A stretch of DNA of 63,079 bases, filler included, from Globobulimina sp. (Eukaryota), in assembly GCA_003354225.1 (NCBI GenBank). It is 39 parts of 39 records of this genome, joined end to end, with 100 filler letters (N's around TTAATTAATTAA, not from the genome) between each part and the next. Parts side by side here need not be neighbours in the genome. Positions count along the whole stretch, not along the records: positions 11,349 to 12,869 come from PIVH01015372.1; positions 12,970 to 14,490 come from PIVH01015373.1; positions 14,591 to 16,111 come from PIVH01015374.1; positions 16,212 to 17,732 come from PIVH01015375.1; positions 17,833 to 19,353 come from PIVH01015376.1; positions 19,454 to 20,973 come from PIVH01015377.1; positions 21,074 to 22,593 come from PIVH01015378.1; positions 22,694 to 24,213 come from PIVH01015379.1; 31 more parts are not named here. One strand, 5' to 3'. The notes beneath the pieces were generated by a model. That model had not been told where the DNA came from and ran no database searches. It worked only from the letters and a program-made list of their open reading frames with translations. Below are positions 11,349 through 22,856 of the stretch, one piece after another. Both the position numbers and the translations under genes were made by a program. Positions within the stretch are counted from its first letter, which is position 1, and every line of letters begins with the position of its first letter.

Positions 11349-12869
11349 GTTAATTGTCGAATAATTGGTAATCGATGCTCATCCGTTACTTGTTCATCAT
11401 CACATATATCCACACAAAATGCAAATCGATACGTTTCTATAAATATCCATACCTCGCTATCATCGCAATCAATAATTTTATACGGACATTCATTCCGATT
11501 ATAATCCACAGCAACAATTAATGCAAATTTCTTCGTATTTATCCGCGACTGCAATATATATCCTTTATAATCCGGATTATCATTCCCGTTATCACTGTGA
11601 TAACCATTTACTATTTTTTGTTGTCTGTTTTTCTGCAATTCTTTGTTTTGTTCCTTTGATGCGCCAGGTTGAAAAGACGATAAATTATCATCGATAACGG
11701 TCGATACAGTGATATTATCCTTAATATTATCATTATATGATTTATATCCGTGTTGTACATGTGATGAAGGAGAGGGTGTTGGCGATGGATGGAAATTTGA
11801 TTTATGTTCCTTTGATGCCACAGATTCAATGTCTGCAAATGATACCGGTTGCAATTGCTGCGTTGGCGCATATCCATCATACTCAGATTCATCCTCATCG
11901 CTATAATCATACTCATCATATGGACAGGGCGCATTTTTATTATTTTTATTCATATCACTGTTATTTTTATTATCCTCCTCGTTTTTATTATAATCGCATG
12001 CAATGTGTGAATTATATTGGTTTGCTATATGTTTATAAGAAGTGGATTTTTTGGCTACTTTGTCCAATGATAGACTCAATACACACGGCCGACTATGTAC
12101 GTTTCCATTTGAATCTACACTTAAACAATCATGCACTTTTACATTTGTTTTATGTATTTTAATGTTTCTATTTGCTGTCCAATGATTTGGTAGATTCCAT
12201 CCTTTATTTGCAGTCATTTGTGTATCGTAATCGATATATTTATGATTGCGTAATTCATCGGCTTTATATCTGTTGTTTCTATCATTAATATTATTTAATA
12301 TATGTCGATTTATTTCATTTATAAGAGTCTCAAAATGTTTCTTTGCTGTGTTGTGTTGTATGGATAATGAAATCATTAAAAATGTCTTTAATCGATCTGG
12401 CTTTGTCTCAAATTGGAAATAATTCGTCATTTGTTTGATTCTGAACGCATACGATTGGTTCTTGGATAATTCCGTAAATGCCACTGTTTTCACTTTGTGC
12501 CGAATTACATTGCCATCATTGGCTGAATTACGTACAATTGCAATGTGCGGGGATAAATTTAGAATATCATACCAATTAATAAATGGTTGCACACTGTCAC
12601 AAATTTTATAGGCACCGTTGTTATCAATGAAATAATAATATTGAATCCATATCTGTTCGGACTCAAATGTTTCATATAAATGTAATGTTTTTAGTTTGTA
12701 AATATCATTATCTGCTAAAAAAATAGGGAACTGAACCACACATTTATTGTTTGTGAATGGTTGTTCTGTGCAATAAATCTTTGTGAGCAATACTTGCGGC
12801 GGTGGGGAATCGATAACTTCTGAGAGATATAAAAAAGTAATACCATACTTTGTCCAACTTTAACAGTTT
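11349..12869 (-). CDS. Hypothetical protein, partial at both ends
   Basis: About 500-codon uninterrupted ORF in AT-rich DNA. Confidence 0.6.
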
Positions 12870-12969
12870 NNNNNNNNNNNNNNNNNNNNNNNNNNNNNNN
12901 NNNNNNNNNNNNNTTAATTAATTAANNNNNNNNNNNNNNNNNNNNNNNNNNNNNNNNNNNNNNNNNNNN

Positions 12970-14001
12970 ATCGCAGAGATGGCCGAGTTGCCGGAGGAAG
13001 TGCGCGAACGTACGGACGGGTTGGACGCGTTGGGCAATACGACTGCGGCGACGGGCAAAGGCTTTTGTATCGGCAGTGCGGTGTTGGCGACGTTGGCGCT
13101 GTTGGCGGCGTATAAGGCGGACGCGGACATCGAGGGTATCGACGTGTCGCAGGCCGAGGTGCTGATCGCCTGCATTATCGGCGCGTGCTTGCCGTACGTG
13201 TTCAGTGCGTTGACCATGTTGGCCGTGGGACGGGCCGCCAGTTTGATGATCGAAGAGGTCCGACGACAGTTTAAAGAGTATGGCTTATTGTCGGCGAACC
13301 CGAGCCGTCCGCCAGATTACGCGCAGTGTGTGGCGATCAGCACGAAAGCGGCCTTGATCGAGATGATCATTCCGGGCTTTTTGGCGATTTCCGCGCCGCT
13401 GTCGATCGGTTTTGTGTTAGGCAGAGAGGCGTTGGGCGGGATGTTGATCGGTTCGTTGGTCTCCGGCTTTATGCTCGCTATTTTCATGGCGAATGCGGGC
13501 GGCGCCTGGGACAATGCCAAGAAATGGGTCGAGGCCAACGGGTTGGGAGTGGACAAAGGAAAAGGAACCAAGTACCATCATGCGACCATTGTGGGCGATA
13601 CGATCGGCGATCCGTTCAAGGATACGTCCGGGCCGTCGTTGGATATCTTGATTAAGTTAATGACGATGATGAGCATTTTGTTCGCGCCCATTTATCCGAA
13701 GGAGGCGTTCGACGAAGACTGGTGGTGGGTCGGCTTGATCATCTTCTTGCTCTTCTGGTTGGTGGGGATCAGAATGTGGGTTTGGATGAGGCGCACCGGC
13801 TTCGGCAAGATCGATTATAAGACTTTGAATACGATCGAGGACGAGGACGAGAATGATATGGGCGGCGACGACGAGGAGTTGCATTTGATGCCCAGCAAAG
13901 GCACCGGCGAGGATGATAAGGAGGCGATGATTCAGGAGTTAAGGGAGCAGTTAAATGTTGCACAGGAAACGATTGCGAAATTAAAAAATCAAGAATCTTA
14001 A
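12970..14001 (+). CDS. Membrane-bound ion-translocating pyrophosphatase (V-PPase/HppA family), K+-dependent type, C-terminal part
   Basis: IAEMA..., LDALGNTTAATGKGF, NAGGAWDNAKK and GDTIGDPFKDTSGPS motifs; GNTTAA (Ala) is the K+-dependence signature. Confidence 0.97.
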   Translation: MAEMAELPEEVRERTDGLDALGNTTAATGKGFCIGSAVLATLALLAAYKADADIEGIDVSQAEVLIACIIGACLPYVFSALTMLAVGRAASLMIEEVRRQFKEYGLLSANPSRPPDYAQCVAISTKAALIEMIIPGFLAISAPLSIGFVLGREALGGMLIGSLVSGFMLAIFMANAGGAWDNAKKWVEANGLGVDKGKGTKYHHATIVGDTIGDPFKDTSGPSLDILIKLMTMMSILFAPIYPKEAFDEDWWWVGLIIFLLFWLVGIRMWVWMRRTGFGKIDYKTLNTIEDEDENDMGGDDEELHLMPSKGTGEDDKEAMIQELREQLNVAQETIAKLKNQES

Positions 14002-14595
14002 GTAAATTAAAATGTGTATGGTTTATTTTATATAATATTATCAATTGTGAATGGAATATCTTATAATTTCAATTTTTAGCTTAAATAAAGTTGAAAATTT
14101 ATACACTATCTTTTTTTTTTCTCATTTTTTTTTCTTTTACTTCTATCTCTATCTTCTATTATTACTAACTTAAATTTGAGCGTTTTGTAACTTTTTTTGG
14201 ATTACTGTTTTTTCTGAAAGCATCAAATTTTCTCTCTCAAGTCACACACAATCATATCACTAATATCAGTCACAGATTCATAGAATTCCCATGCTTTTAG
14301 GGATTTTAAATATGCAAGAAAATTTTTTTTAATTAAATTGTTAATGAAGTATTCAAATTTGTTAATAAAAAGACAAATCGGTCGTAGTCATAAGTTGGGA
14401 TTTAGATCAATTGTTGTAATGATTAACATATCGTTGGAAAGCTAAAGGAAATCGGTTCGATTTACATGGTTGTATTTTAGTTGTTGGTGTNNNNNNNNNN
14501 NNNNNNNNNNNNNNNNNNNNNNNNNNNNNNNNNNTTAATTAATTAANNNNNNNNNNNNNNNNNNNNNNNNNNNNNNNNNNNNNNNNNNNNCATTT

Positions 14596-15297
14596 ATGAG
14601 CCAAGAAAAAGAAAAAGAAAATGGAACAATTGCACGCACCGCAAACAGATTACATTTTGATCAGAATTTCGAAAAACAAATAAAAACAACATATTCAAAC
14701 ATGATCGGTACAGAGATTAAGAGAGAAATAATAAAAGGGCAAAGGTGCAGTGGGTTTTTAAGATTAAACAATAAAACGTATTTAAATCAAGAGGTGTTGC
14801 AATATTTGGAAATTGCTGACAATGCATTTGAAATCCCAGCATTTTTTTGCGTTGGTTTAGAAGGCAATAATTTAGATTCATTACAACAGTTTTTATTTTA
14901 TGGTATTGATTTTTTATCCATTGATAATAATAAGTTTACCCGTTTAGATCAGGAAACATTTGGTATGCGATTCGCTGCGAAGTATGTTGATATTTCCAAT
15001 AATCCAATCCAAGGAGTTATTGATTTCAAGGCATGCAATGCTACTCTTACAATGGCAGAGTACTTTGATATGACAGGATGTAAATATGTAACAAGACTGG
15101 TAAACATACCCAAAACATTACAATTTCTTATCATTGTTGATTCAGGGATTACATCGCCAAATCAATTAGAATTTGAGAATGGAATGGGATTAACACAAAT
15201 CACAACCAGTCGTAATCAAACAAAAGAGTGGGAAACATTTTTCGGTGAAAATAGAACAGAACTTCAGATTATTGGAGGTAGGGTAACTATTACATGA
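14596..15297 (+). CDS. Leucine-rich repeat protein
   Basis: LxLxxN-like repeats: LRLNNK, VGLEGNNL, LSIDNNKF, VDISNNPIQG. Confidence 0.6.
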   Translation: MSQEKEKENGTIARTANRLHFDQNFEKQIKTTYSNMIGTEIKREIIKGQRCSGFLRLNNKTYLNQEVLQYLEIADNAFEIPAFFCVGLEGNNLDSLQQFLFYGIDFLSIDNNKFTRLDQETFGMRFAAKYVDISNNPIQGVIDFKACNATLTMAEYFDMTGCKYVTRLVNIPKTLQFLIIVDSGITSPNQLEFENGMGLTQITTSRNQTKEWETFFGENRTELQIIGGRVTIT

Positions 15298-16211
15298 GAA
15301 ATATGGTAGAAATGGGAATAGAAATACAAGAGAAAATAATTTTTTCTATGATATTTCTATCATAACATAAAGAAGTTTATCAATAATATAAAGAAGCAGT
15401 ACTTATATATCTTCGATTGTATGATGATGTCATAATAATATGTATAAAATTGTTTGCAAGTATACGTATGTTGTTTACTTCGAGTAGAGATCCATATTTT
15501 GCAGCTTCTTTTTCAGACAATAAAAAGTCAGGATTGGTGTATGAGGTTTATGGACGTTGCCATTTAATCTCATTCGCAAAATCATTTGACCGTTAAATAA
15601 TTTTTGTATTCATTATTGTATTTGCTTCAATTCAGTTGCATTCCCGTTCAAACAAAAAAAACACAATCAAACACAAAAAATATAATATAAAAAAAATAAA
15701 ATAAACGAATCTATTAAAAATATAAGCATCACAATTCGTGTCACTTTCAATTCAACAATAACCAAAACAAATCCATATGACCGGATTACTATCATCGCTA
15801 AATGTGAATGCATTGTTACAATTAATCACATAATCAGAGCAAGTTCCAGTATACACATTAAATGAGCAGAAATCCACATCGTTATAACAATTTGATGTAT
15901 TCTCAATGTCAAGTGACGAATGATTGGACATAGTCGACATACAGTAATGAATTATAATTTTGTAAATTATAATGTATAAAAATCTGATTATAATTATGAG
16001 TTGAAAGCAATACTATTTGCTCGGATTATGACGAGTATATATGGCATCTGCATCTGCATCTGCTTAAACAAGTGCAAGTTGATAAAACAATCCCTAATAA
16101 TTAATTATAAANNNNNNNNNNNNNNNNNNNNNNNNNNNNNNNNNNNNNNNNNNNNTTAATTAATTAANNNNNNNNNNNNNNNNNNNNNNNNNNNNNNNNN
16201 NNNNNNNNNNN

Positions 16212-17630
16212 ATTAGCCGAAGTTACCGTAGATGGCAAAAAAGTGCGTGTCCCAAAAGGCGTCACCGTATTACAAGCTTGCGAGGCCGCTGGTGTTAACA
16301 TACCACGCTTTTGCTATCACGATCGGTTATCAATCGCTGGGAATTGCAGAATGTGTTTAGTAGAGGTTGAGAAAGCCAAAAAACCGGTGGCTTCTTGTGC
16401 TAATCCTATAATGCCTGGAATGGTCATAAAAACCGACACAAGTTACGTACTGACACAGTAATACATATACTCTCCAAATATACCGCAAATTCGCAACACA
16501 GACATGGTGAAATTTGCGCGTGAAGGCGTAGTGGAGTTTTTGTTGGCCAATCACCCGTTGGATTGTCCCATTTGTGACCAAGGCGGCGAGTGCGACTTAC
16601 AAGACATAGCGCTCACTTTTGGCAGTATGGAAGGGCGCTATTTGCACGAAGACAAACGTTGCGTGGAAGACAAAGACTTGGGGCCCTTCATCAAAACTGT
16701 CATGAACCGCTGCATTCACTGTACGCGTTGTATAAGGTTTTCCGACGAAATTGCCGGTGTCGATTCTCTAGGGACCACCGGACGGGGCAATGTGACTGAA
16801 GTGGGAACTTACATTGATACTTATTTTGACAGTGAGATATCCGGCAATGTGATTGATTTGTGTCCGGTGGGTGCCTTAACCAACAAAGCTTGCGCGTTTA
16901 AGGTGCGTCCCTGGGACTTGACCATTTTCGAAAGCATTGATATTATGGAATCTACGCAAGCGAGTATCGTATTGGACACTCGCTTCAATGAATTAATCCG
17001 CATAAAACCACGGCTGAATGAGGACATTAACGAGGAATGGATCAGTGACAAGACCCGCTTTTGTGTGGATGGCGTCAAACGACAGCGATTGGATATGCCG
17101 CTGGTGAAGAATAAGGAGAGCAACGTGTTGGAACCGGCGACGTGGCCCGATGCCTTGGCCTATGTCCACGAGAACATCGCAGCAGTGGATGGCGAGCAAA
17201 TGATGGCACTTTCTGGCGACTTGCAAGATATTGAAAGCATGCTCGCATTGAAAGACTTTATGCACAAATTAGGTTGTAATAATATCGAGTGTCGGATGGA
17301 TGGGACGCGAATGGAGTGCGACATGCGGAATAATTACTTATTCAATGCCAGCATCACAGGGATTGAGCAGTGCGACACGTTGTTGTTGATTGGGTGCAAT
17401 CCGCGCATGGAAGCACCACTCATTAATACTCGGATAAGGAAGGCGTATTTGAATGGATTGGATGTGTTTGTGATTGGCAATGCGGCCAAATTGAACTATG
17501 AGTTTGAGAGTTTGGGTGAGAATTTGTCGGCGTTGCAGGAGATTGTGGCGGGGACTTCGGCGTATTGCGAGGTTTTGGCCGAGGCGCAAGAACCGTGCGT
17601 CATAGTTGGTATGAATGCGTTGCAAGGCGA
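16212..17630 (+). CDS. NDUFS1: NADH:ubiquinone oxidoreductase 75-kDa Fe-S subunit (nuclear-encoded), partial; intron 16442-16501
   Basis: [64 protein letters not shown]; the 60-nt GT..AG intron restores [14 protein letters not shown]; similarity ends near 17630 at a GC-rich join. Confidence 0.97.
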
Positions 17631-18084
17631 CAAGTTCCAGGTCGGTGAAGCTGGCAGTTCCGTCGGAAGCATCACGATTCGGTGCGGGTCGGGGGGGCTC
17701 TTTTGATGCGAGCTGGCCGGCTCCGGCTCCTGNNNNNNNNNNNNNNNNNNNNNNNNNNNNNNNNNNNNNNNNNNNNTTAATTAATTAANNNNNNNNNNNN
17801 NNNNNNNNNNNNNNNNNNNNNNNNNNNNNNNNTATACGTAGGTCTATACAGGGGTCAAAAATAGATGAGAATAGGTTAGTATTTTAAATAGTGCCACGAG
17901 ACATTCCTAGTACTGAGACATTCAAAAAACATATTTTTAGCAATTTTAAATCGATTATTTTCGTTTTCATGGATTATTGGCATTTTCATGCTAGAATTAA
18001 GCATTTTGAAGTTTGGTCATATATATATAATGTACATGGAGAGCTATTAGTTTAAAAACTGGTTTATATGAAAATTGTGTCACA

Positions 18085-19130
18085 ATTATCCATGAACAAT
18101 GAGAAAAATCCATGAAAATGAGAATAATCCATGAAAATGGCAATAATCCATGAAAAATGAGAATAACCCATCCCCCGTTTGGACCCATCCCGTCGACCAG
18201 GATGCGATCTTCCGTTTGGACACACAATTTTCGAAAATGACAATAATCCATGAAAATGACAATAATCCTGAAAATGAGAACGATTTCCTTAAGTAAATCT
18301 CTTTAGGATTTTTTTCACCAAAAAATCCATGAAAAATGAGAAAATCCATGAAAACGAGAATAATCCATGAAAAATGAGAAAAATCCACGAAAATGAGAAT
18401 AATCCATGAAAAATGAGAATAATCCATGAAAATGAGATTAATCCATGAAAATGACAATATTCCATGAAAATGACAATAATCCATGAAAATGAGAATAATC
18501 CATGAAAATGAGAATAATCCATGAAAATGAGAATAATCCATGAAAATTACAATAATCCATGAAAATGAGAATATTCCATGAAAATGACAATTATCCATGA
18601 AGATGAGAATATTCCATGAAAATTACAATTATCCATGAAAATGAGAATATTCCATGAAAATGAGAATAATCCATGAAAATGAGATTAATCCATGAAAATT
18701 ACAATAATCCATGAAAATGAGAATAATCCATGAAAATGAGAATAATCCATGAAAATTACAATAATCCATGAAAATGAGAATAATCCATGAAAATTACACA
18801 ATAATCCATGAAAATTACAATTATCCATGAAAATGAGAATATTCCATGAAAATGAGAATATTCCTGAAAATGAGATTAATCCATGAAAATGAGATTAATC
18901 CATGAAAATTACAATAATCCATGAAAATGACAATACTCCACGAAAAATGAGAATAACCCATCCCCCGTTTGGACCCATCCCGTCGACCAGGATGCGAACC
19001 CCCGTTTGGACCCACAACATAAGAAAATTTTCGAAATAAAAAAAATAATTTCGGATAATTTTCGAAAATGACAATAATCCATGAAAATGAGAAAAATCGA
19101 TGAAAATGAGAATAATCCATGAAAATGTTA
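18085..19130 (+). repeat. 19-bp minisatellite (AATAATCCATGAAAATGAG consensus) with an interspersed GC-rich unit
   Basis: Dozens of near-identical head-to-tail units; GC-rich unit CCCATCCCCCGTTTGGACCCATCCCGTCGACCAGGATGCGA at about 18167 and 18957. Confidence 0.95.
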
Positions 19131-19453
19131 ATAATACATCAACATATGAAAAATTTCGAAAAAAAAAATGACAATAAATAATTTTCGAAAATAACAACAA
19201 TCCATATGTCGTAAGGTTTGTTGTACTTTATTATTTATTTATTCGAGATAAATATTCTGACTTCGTACTTTTTGTTTGAAAATCATAATTCATGGTATTG
19301 AGAAACTCTTTCTAAACCCAACATGAACTTCGCATTCTTGTTCCTCTTGGGGANNNNNNNNNNNNNNNNNNNNNNNNNNNNNNNNNNNNNNNNNNNNTTA
19401 ATTAATTAANNNNNNNNNNNNNNNNNNNNNNNNNNNNNNNNNNNNNNNNNNNN

Positions 19454-20704
19454 TTCACTATGAAACAAGTGGCCAGAATTATGATATAAAAATGGATTAT
19501 TTGCAGAATCAATAATGGATAAAACATCATTATCATTGGGCGATATCGAGTGGTCGTTGCGCATTTTGCATGTAGATGATGCAGCGAATGGCGGTTTAAA
19601 TTGCTTGATGGAATTGGTGCAATTTACTAAGGTTTGACTCGATTTGCTCATTAAATCAATAACATTGTCAATGCCAGATAATAATCGAATTTCTCCAATT
19701 GTCTCATTTGTTAAATATTTGGTAAAATATTTAGTCATTGGAATCATATCACATTGGATTACTTTATGATCATTCACATTAAATTTATGATTTTTATTTG
19801 AATGTAATAATATCCATCGCAATGATAATAAGTAAATGGCGAATGATTTGCGTACAATGCAATTAAAACCATCCAAACACGTATTTATTTTAATAATTTC
19901 CAAACAATTTTCCAGTTTTTGCCATAAATTTAATGATGTCGCATTTTCATATATTTTGCCATTTTTTGCTATGGATGATTTTTTACTGTTGTTATCGTTA
20001 TCGTTTATTGCGGGTTTTGATGAATATAAATTATCAATAATGTCGACTCGGAGATCAACAAATATGTTATAAAAAGCAATTAAATTTCCGAAAGTATCTG
20101 TCGTTTTACATAAGTTCTCAATCGACACATTTAACCATTCATAGTTTTCTTTAATATTATTAATATTTGCATTATTTGACGCAGTTTCAAACCAAATTGT
20201 TTTAATTTTATGATTTAGTGATTTACATAAAACGACGGCTTTTGCGAGTGATTCAAAGCGAGTGCATAATATTTCTGCTTTCTGTTTATATAAGAAATAT
20301 AAATCATTTTCCCCTTTGATGTCATCACTTATGTCAATTTTCGGAAGTTTTAATGGTGACAATGAGAAGGACGATAACGGAGATTTTTTATCATTTTTTG
20401 GTAGTATCAACAAAGAGGATGGTGATCTTTTTGGTTTATTAGCCACCGCTTTTTTTGACTTTCTATAAATTTCTTTCAAATTAAAATTATTTGATTTTTG
20501 CAGGTTTTGCATATTTAACTGCTTAATATTTGAGGATTTTGGTATTATATCTTTTATATTGCCGGATATGGAGCATATATAATTACAATAATAGTCAATG
20601 CATAATCGGATAATACCAATAAATGAATCCCTTAATTTTATGACATGTACATTATAATTTGTTGATATTAATGTTCTTATTTCTAATTTTCGGATTGCTT
20701 TAAA
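19454..20704 (-). CDS. Hypothetical eukaryotic protein, internal fragment
   Basis: Over 400 codons open; the apparent N-terminus in the ORF track is the antisense of a bacterial fragment. Confidence 0.55.
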
Positions 20705-20935
20705 CAACGTATCACTGAAAACATTCAACGTATTCATAATAGGAGTGAGCAAATTGCAAGCTCCGTTGTTGAGCAAAGTACGGTTGCCAATGAAATCACC
20801 CTAACGGTCATTAATATTAAAGATGCCAGTGATGAGATCACACAAGAAGCTGGGCGCTCAGAAGAAATCAGTACAGAGTTGCAACAGTTGGCGAATAACC
20901 AGCAAAAGATTGTTGATCAGTTTAAGTATAATTAA
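20705..20935 (+). CDS. C-terminal fragment of a bacterial methyl-accepting chemotaxis protein
   Basis: Frame absent from the ORF track: QRITENIQRIHNRSEQIASSVVEQSTVANEITLTVINIKDASDEITQEAGRSEEISTELQQLANNQQKIVDQFKYN*, matching the QIASA.EEQS.VA.EI...V.QFK MCP tail. Confidence 0.8.
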   Translation, partial: QRITENIQRIHNRSEQIASSVVEQSTVANEITLTVINIKDASDEITQEAGRSEEISTELQQLANNQQKIVDQFKYN

Positions 20936-21391
20936 CCAATAGATTTGTGATTTTACGTTTCTTTAATACTGTTNNNNNNNNNNNNNNNNNNNNNNNNNNN
21001 NNNNNNNNNNNNNNNNNTTAATTAATTAANNNNNNNNNNNNNNNNNNNNNNNNNNNNNNNNNNNNNNNNNNNNCAATTGACAGAGGAGAAGAGAAATGAA
21101 AAAACATTGTAATACAATCATTTCACAAAACTTTGTCGAACACTAAAAAACAAATGAATTTAATAAATTGTAGCTCGGTCGCAAACTAAACAAAAATTTG
21201 ACAGTAAACAATCAACCGGTTTGCTTTTGGTGGTATAATTATTTTATATAATTATACAAAAAGAATATGTATAAAAAGATGAAAAAGAAAAACATTGTCG
21301 AAACATTTTATATATATTACAGCAAAACAACAAAAAACATATATCGATATATAATATATTATAACGTATACTTTATTTTATACGGTATATT

Positions 21392-22408
21392 TTACTTAAA
21401 TCTGACGGCTATAACACTGATATTATCGGTAGATCCATCATCAATCGCTTGCTCACATAAATCATCCAACGAATGTAACAGAGACGATTGATAATTATAA
21501 TGGTACTTATAATTTGTTACTAATTCTTTTTCATTCCATTTCTCAATCAAACCATCACAAAACAGCAGCAAAGTGTCATTTTCATAACAAATAATTTTTG
21601 TACATTCAGCGTCAGAAATCATTTTTTGTTTATTCAGTGCCAATAATTCGTTGTTTTTCATCACATTGCACCCAAAACAACGCGATATGGCGCAAATGCC
21701 ATCAATTCGATTATTTATAATTTCACCATTTGCGTTTTTTATTCTTCTGCCCTCTGTTTCTGAATCACAGTGATGGTCAGTGGTTAAATTGGAATATTTC
21801 CACTGGTCATTAATTAGCATTGCCCGGGAATCGCCAGCCCAAAATACACGTACTTCAGTGCCTAAATCGTATAATAATTCGGAGTTTGACCTGGACGCTG
21901 TAGTGGACACTGTGGCTGATACGGTGGTCGATGCTGTGGTGGATATCGTTTTTGATACAGTATTTGTGGCGGGCATCACAGCTAAATTTGACATTTTTTT
22001 TATTTTTGATTTCTTGACTAATGCAAAAACAAAGGTATTGCCTGCATTTACGTTGTAATCTGATGCTGTGTCGCATTGAGCAGTGCCTTTGTTACGCCAC
22101 AAAGCATCCATTTTATTGATCGAATCGATAATTTCTGCGTCATTTTCAATGTCAGTTAATTCGTCTAATAAATGGATGAGATTTTTAGAAAAATATGACG
22201 CTGCGTCTGCTCCATTAAATCCATCGAAAATGCCAAATAATGAATATAACGGATGCTTTGGTAATGACACGCAAATTGTATTTCTGTCCTGCATTTCTCT
22301 GCGTTGTCCTATTGTGGCTCGTAAAGCATATTCGTATAAATGGTTTGTTTTGTGTGCTCTTTGTGAATTGGTAGAGTTAATTGAAGCTAATGATAAACAA
22401 GCACCCAT
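21392..22408 (-). CDS. Protein phosphatase 2C (PPM family), probably N-myristoylated
   Basis: GQRREMQD, FGIFDG, AGDSRA, LTTDH, AISRCFG, LFCDGL, GSTDNISV; ATG at 22408 gives MGACLS. Confidence 0.9.
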   Translation of the reverse strand: MGACLSLASINSTNSQRAHKTNHLYEYALRATIGQRREMQDRNTICVSLPKHPLYSLFGIFDGFNGADAASYFSKNLIHLLDELTDIENDAEIIDSINKMDALWRNKGTAQCDTASDYNVNAGNTFVFALVKKSKIKKMSNLAVMPATNTVSKTISTTASTTVSATVSTTASRSNSELLYDLGTEVRVFWAGDSRAMLINDQWKYSNLTTDHHCDSETEGRRIKNANGEIINNRIDGICAISRCFGCNVMKNNELLALNKQKMISDAECTKIICYENDTLLLFCDGLIEKWNEKELVTNYKYHYNYQSSLLHSLDDLCEQAIDDGSTDNISVIAVRFK

Positions 22409-22856
22409 AATGTCGGACACGATTCGATCTAAGTTGAGATGGAAGAGGAAAAAAGAAGTTTTTTTGTAGAAGAAATGTAATAGAGTTTTCCTATTTGACC
22501 TTGATTTTGCTCATGATCAACTTTTTTTAATCATTTGTGATTTGTTAGAGAAAAAGCTTAAGTAAATGTTCGTCTAATCCTTATTTATAATACNNNNNNN
22601 NNNNNNNNNNNNNNNNNNNNNNNNNNNNNNNNNNNNNTTAATTAATTAANNNNNNNNNNNNNNNNNNNNNNNNNNNNNNNNNNNNNNNNNNNNCCCCTAT
22701 TACTTTGAACACAATAAAAACATAGCAACGCAAGCTGTATAAATATATAAAAAACAAACTAACTAACTAAGTACGGTTTGAAGCAAGTATTCTTGGAGTT
22801 TGTAGAACAAAAAGATCTTACTCATCTTAGTGACTTAGTCCGCATAGTACGATACA

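Noticed and set aside
13317-14044. Antisense and alternate-frame ORFs over the PPase (likewise over NDUFS1, PP2C, SLC45 and 42192-43512)
   Set aside because: Shadow ORFs of GC-richer real coding sequence, with no recognisable motifs
17630-17732. Novel short C-terminus of NDUFS1
   Set aside because: Similarity stops well before the normal end and composition shifts to GC-rich; probable chimeric join
18085-19130. Possible CRISPR array
   Set aside because: Units are head-to-tail with no unique spacers, there are no cas genes, and the context is eukaryotic
17997-19200. ORFs with repeated FHGLFSFSWIILIFMDY peptides
   Set aside because: By-products of a stop-poor 19-bp repeat read in several frames
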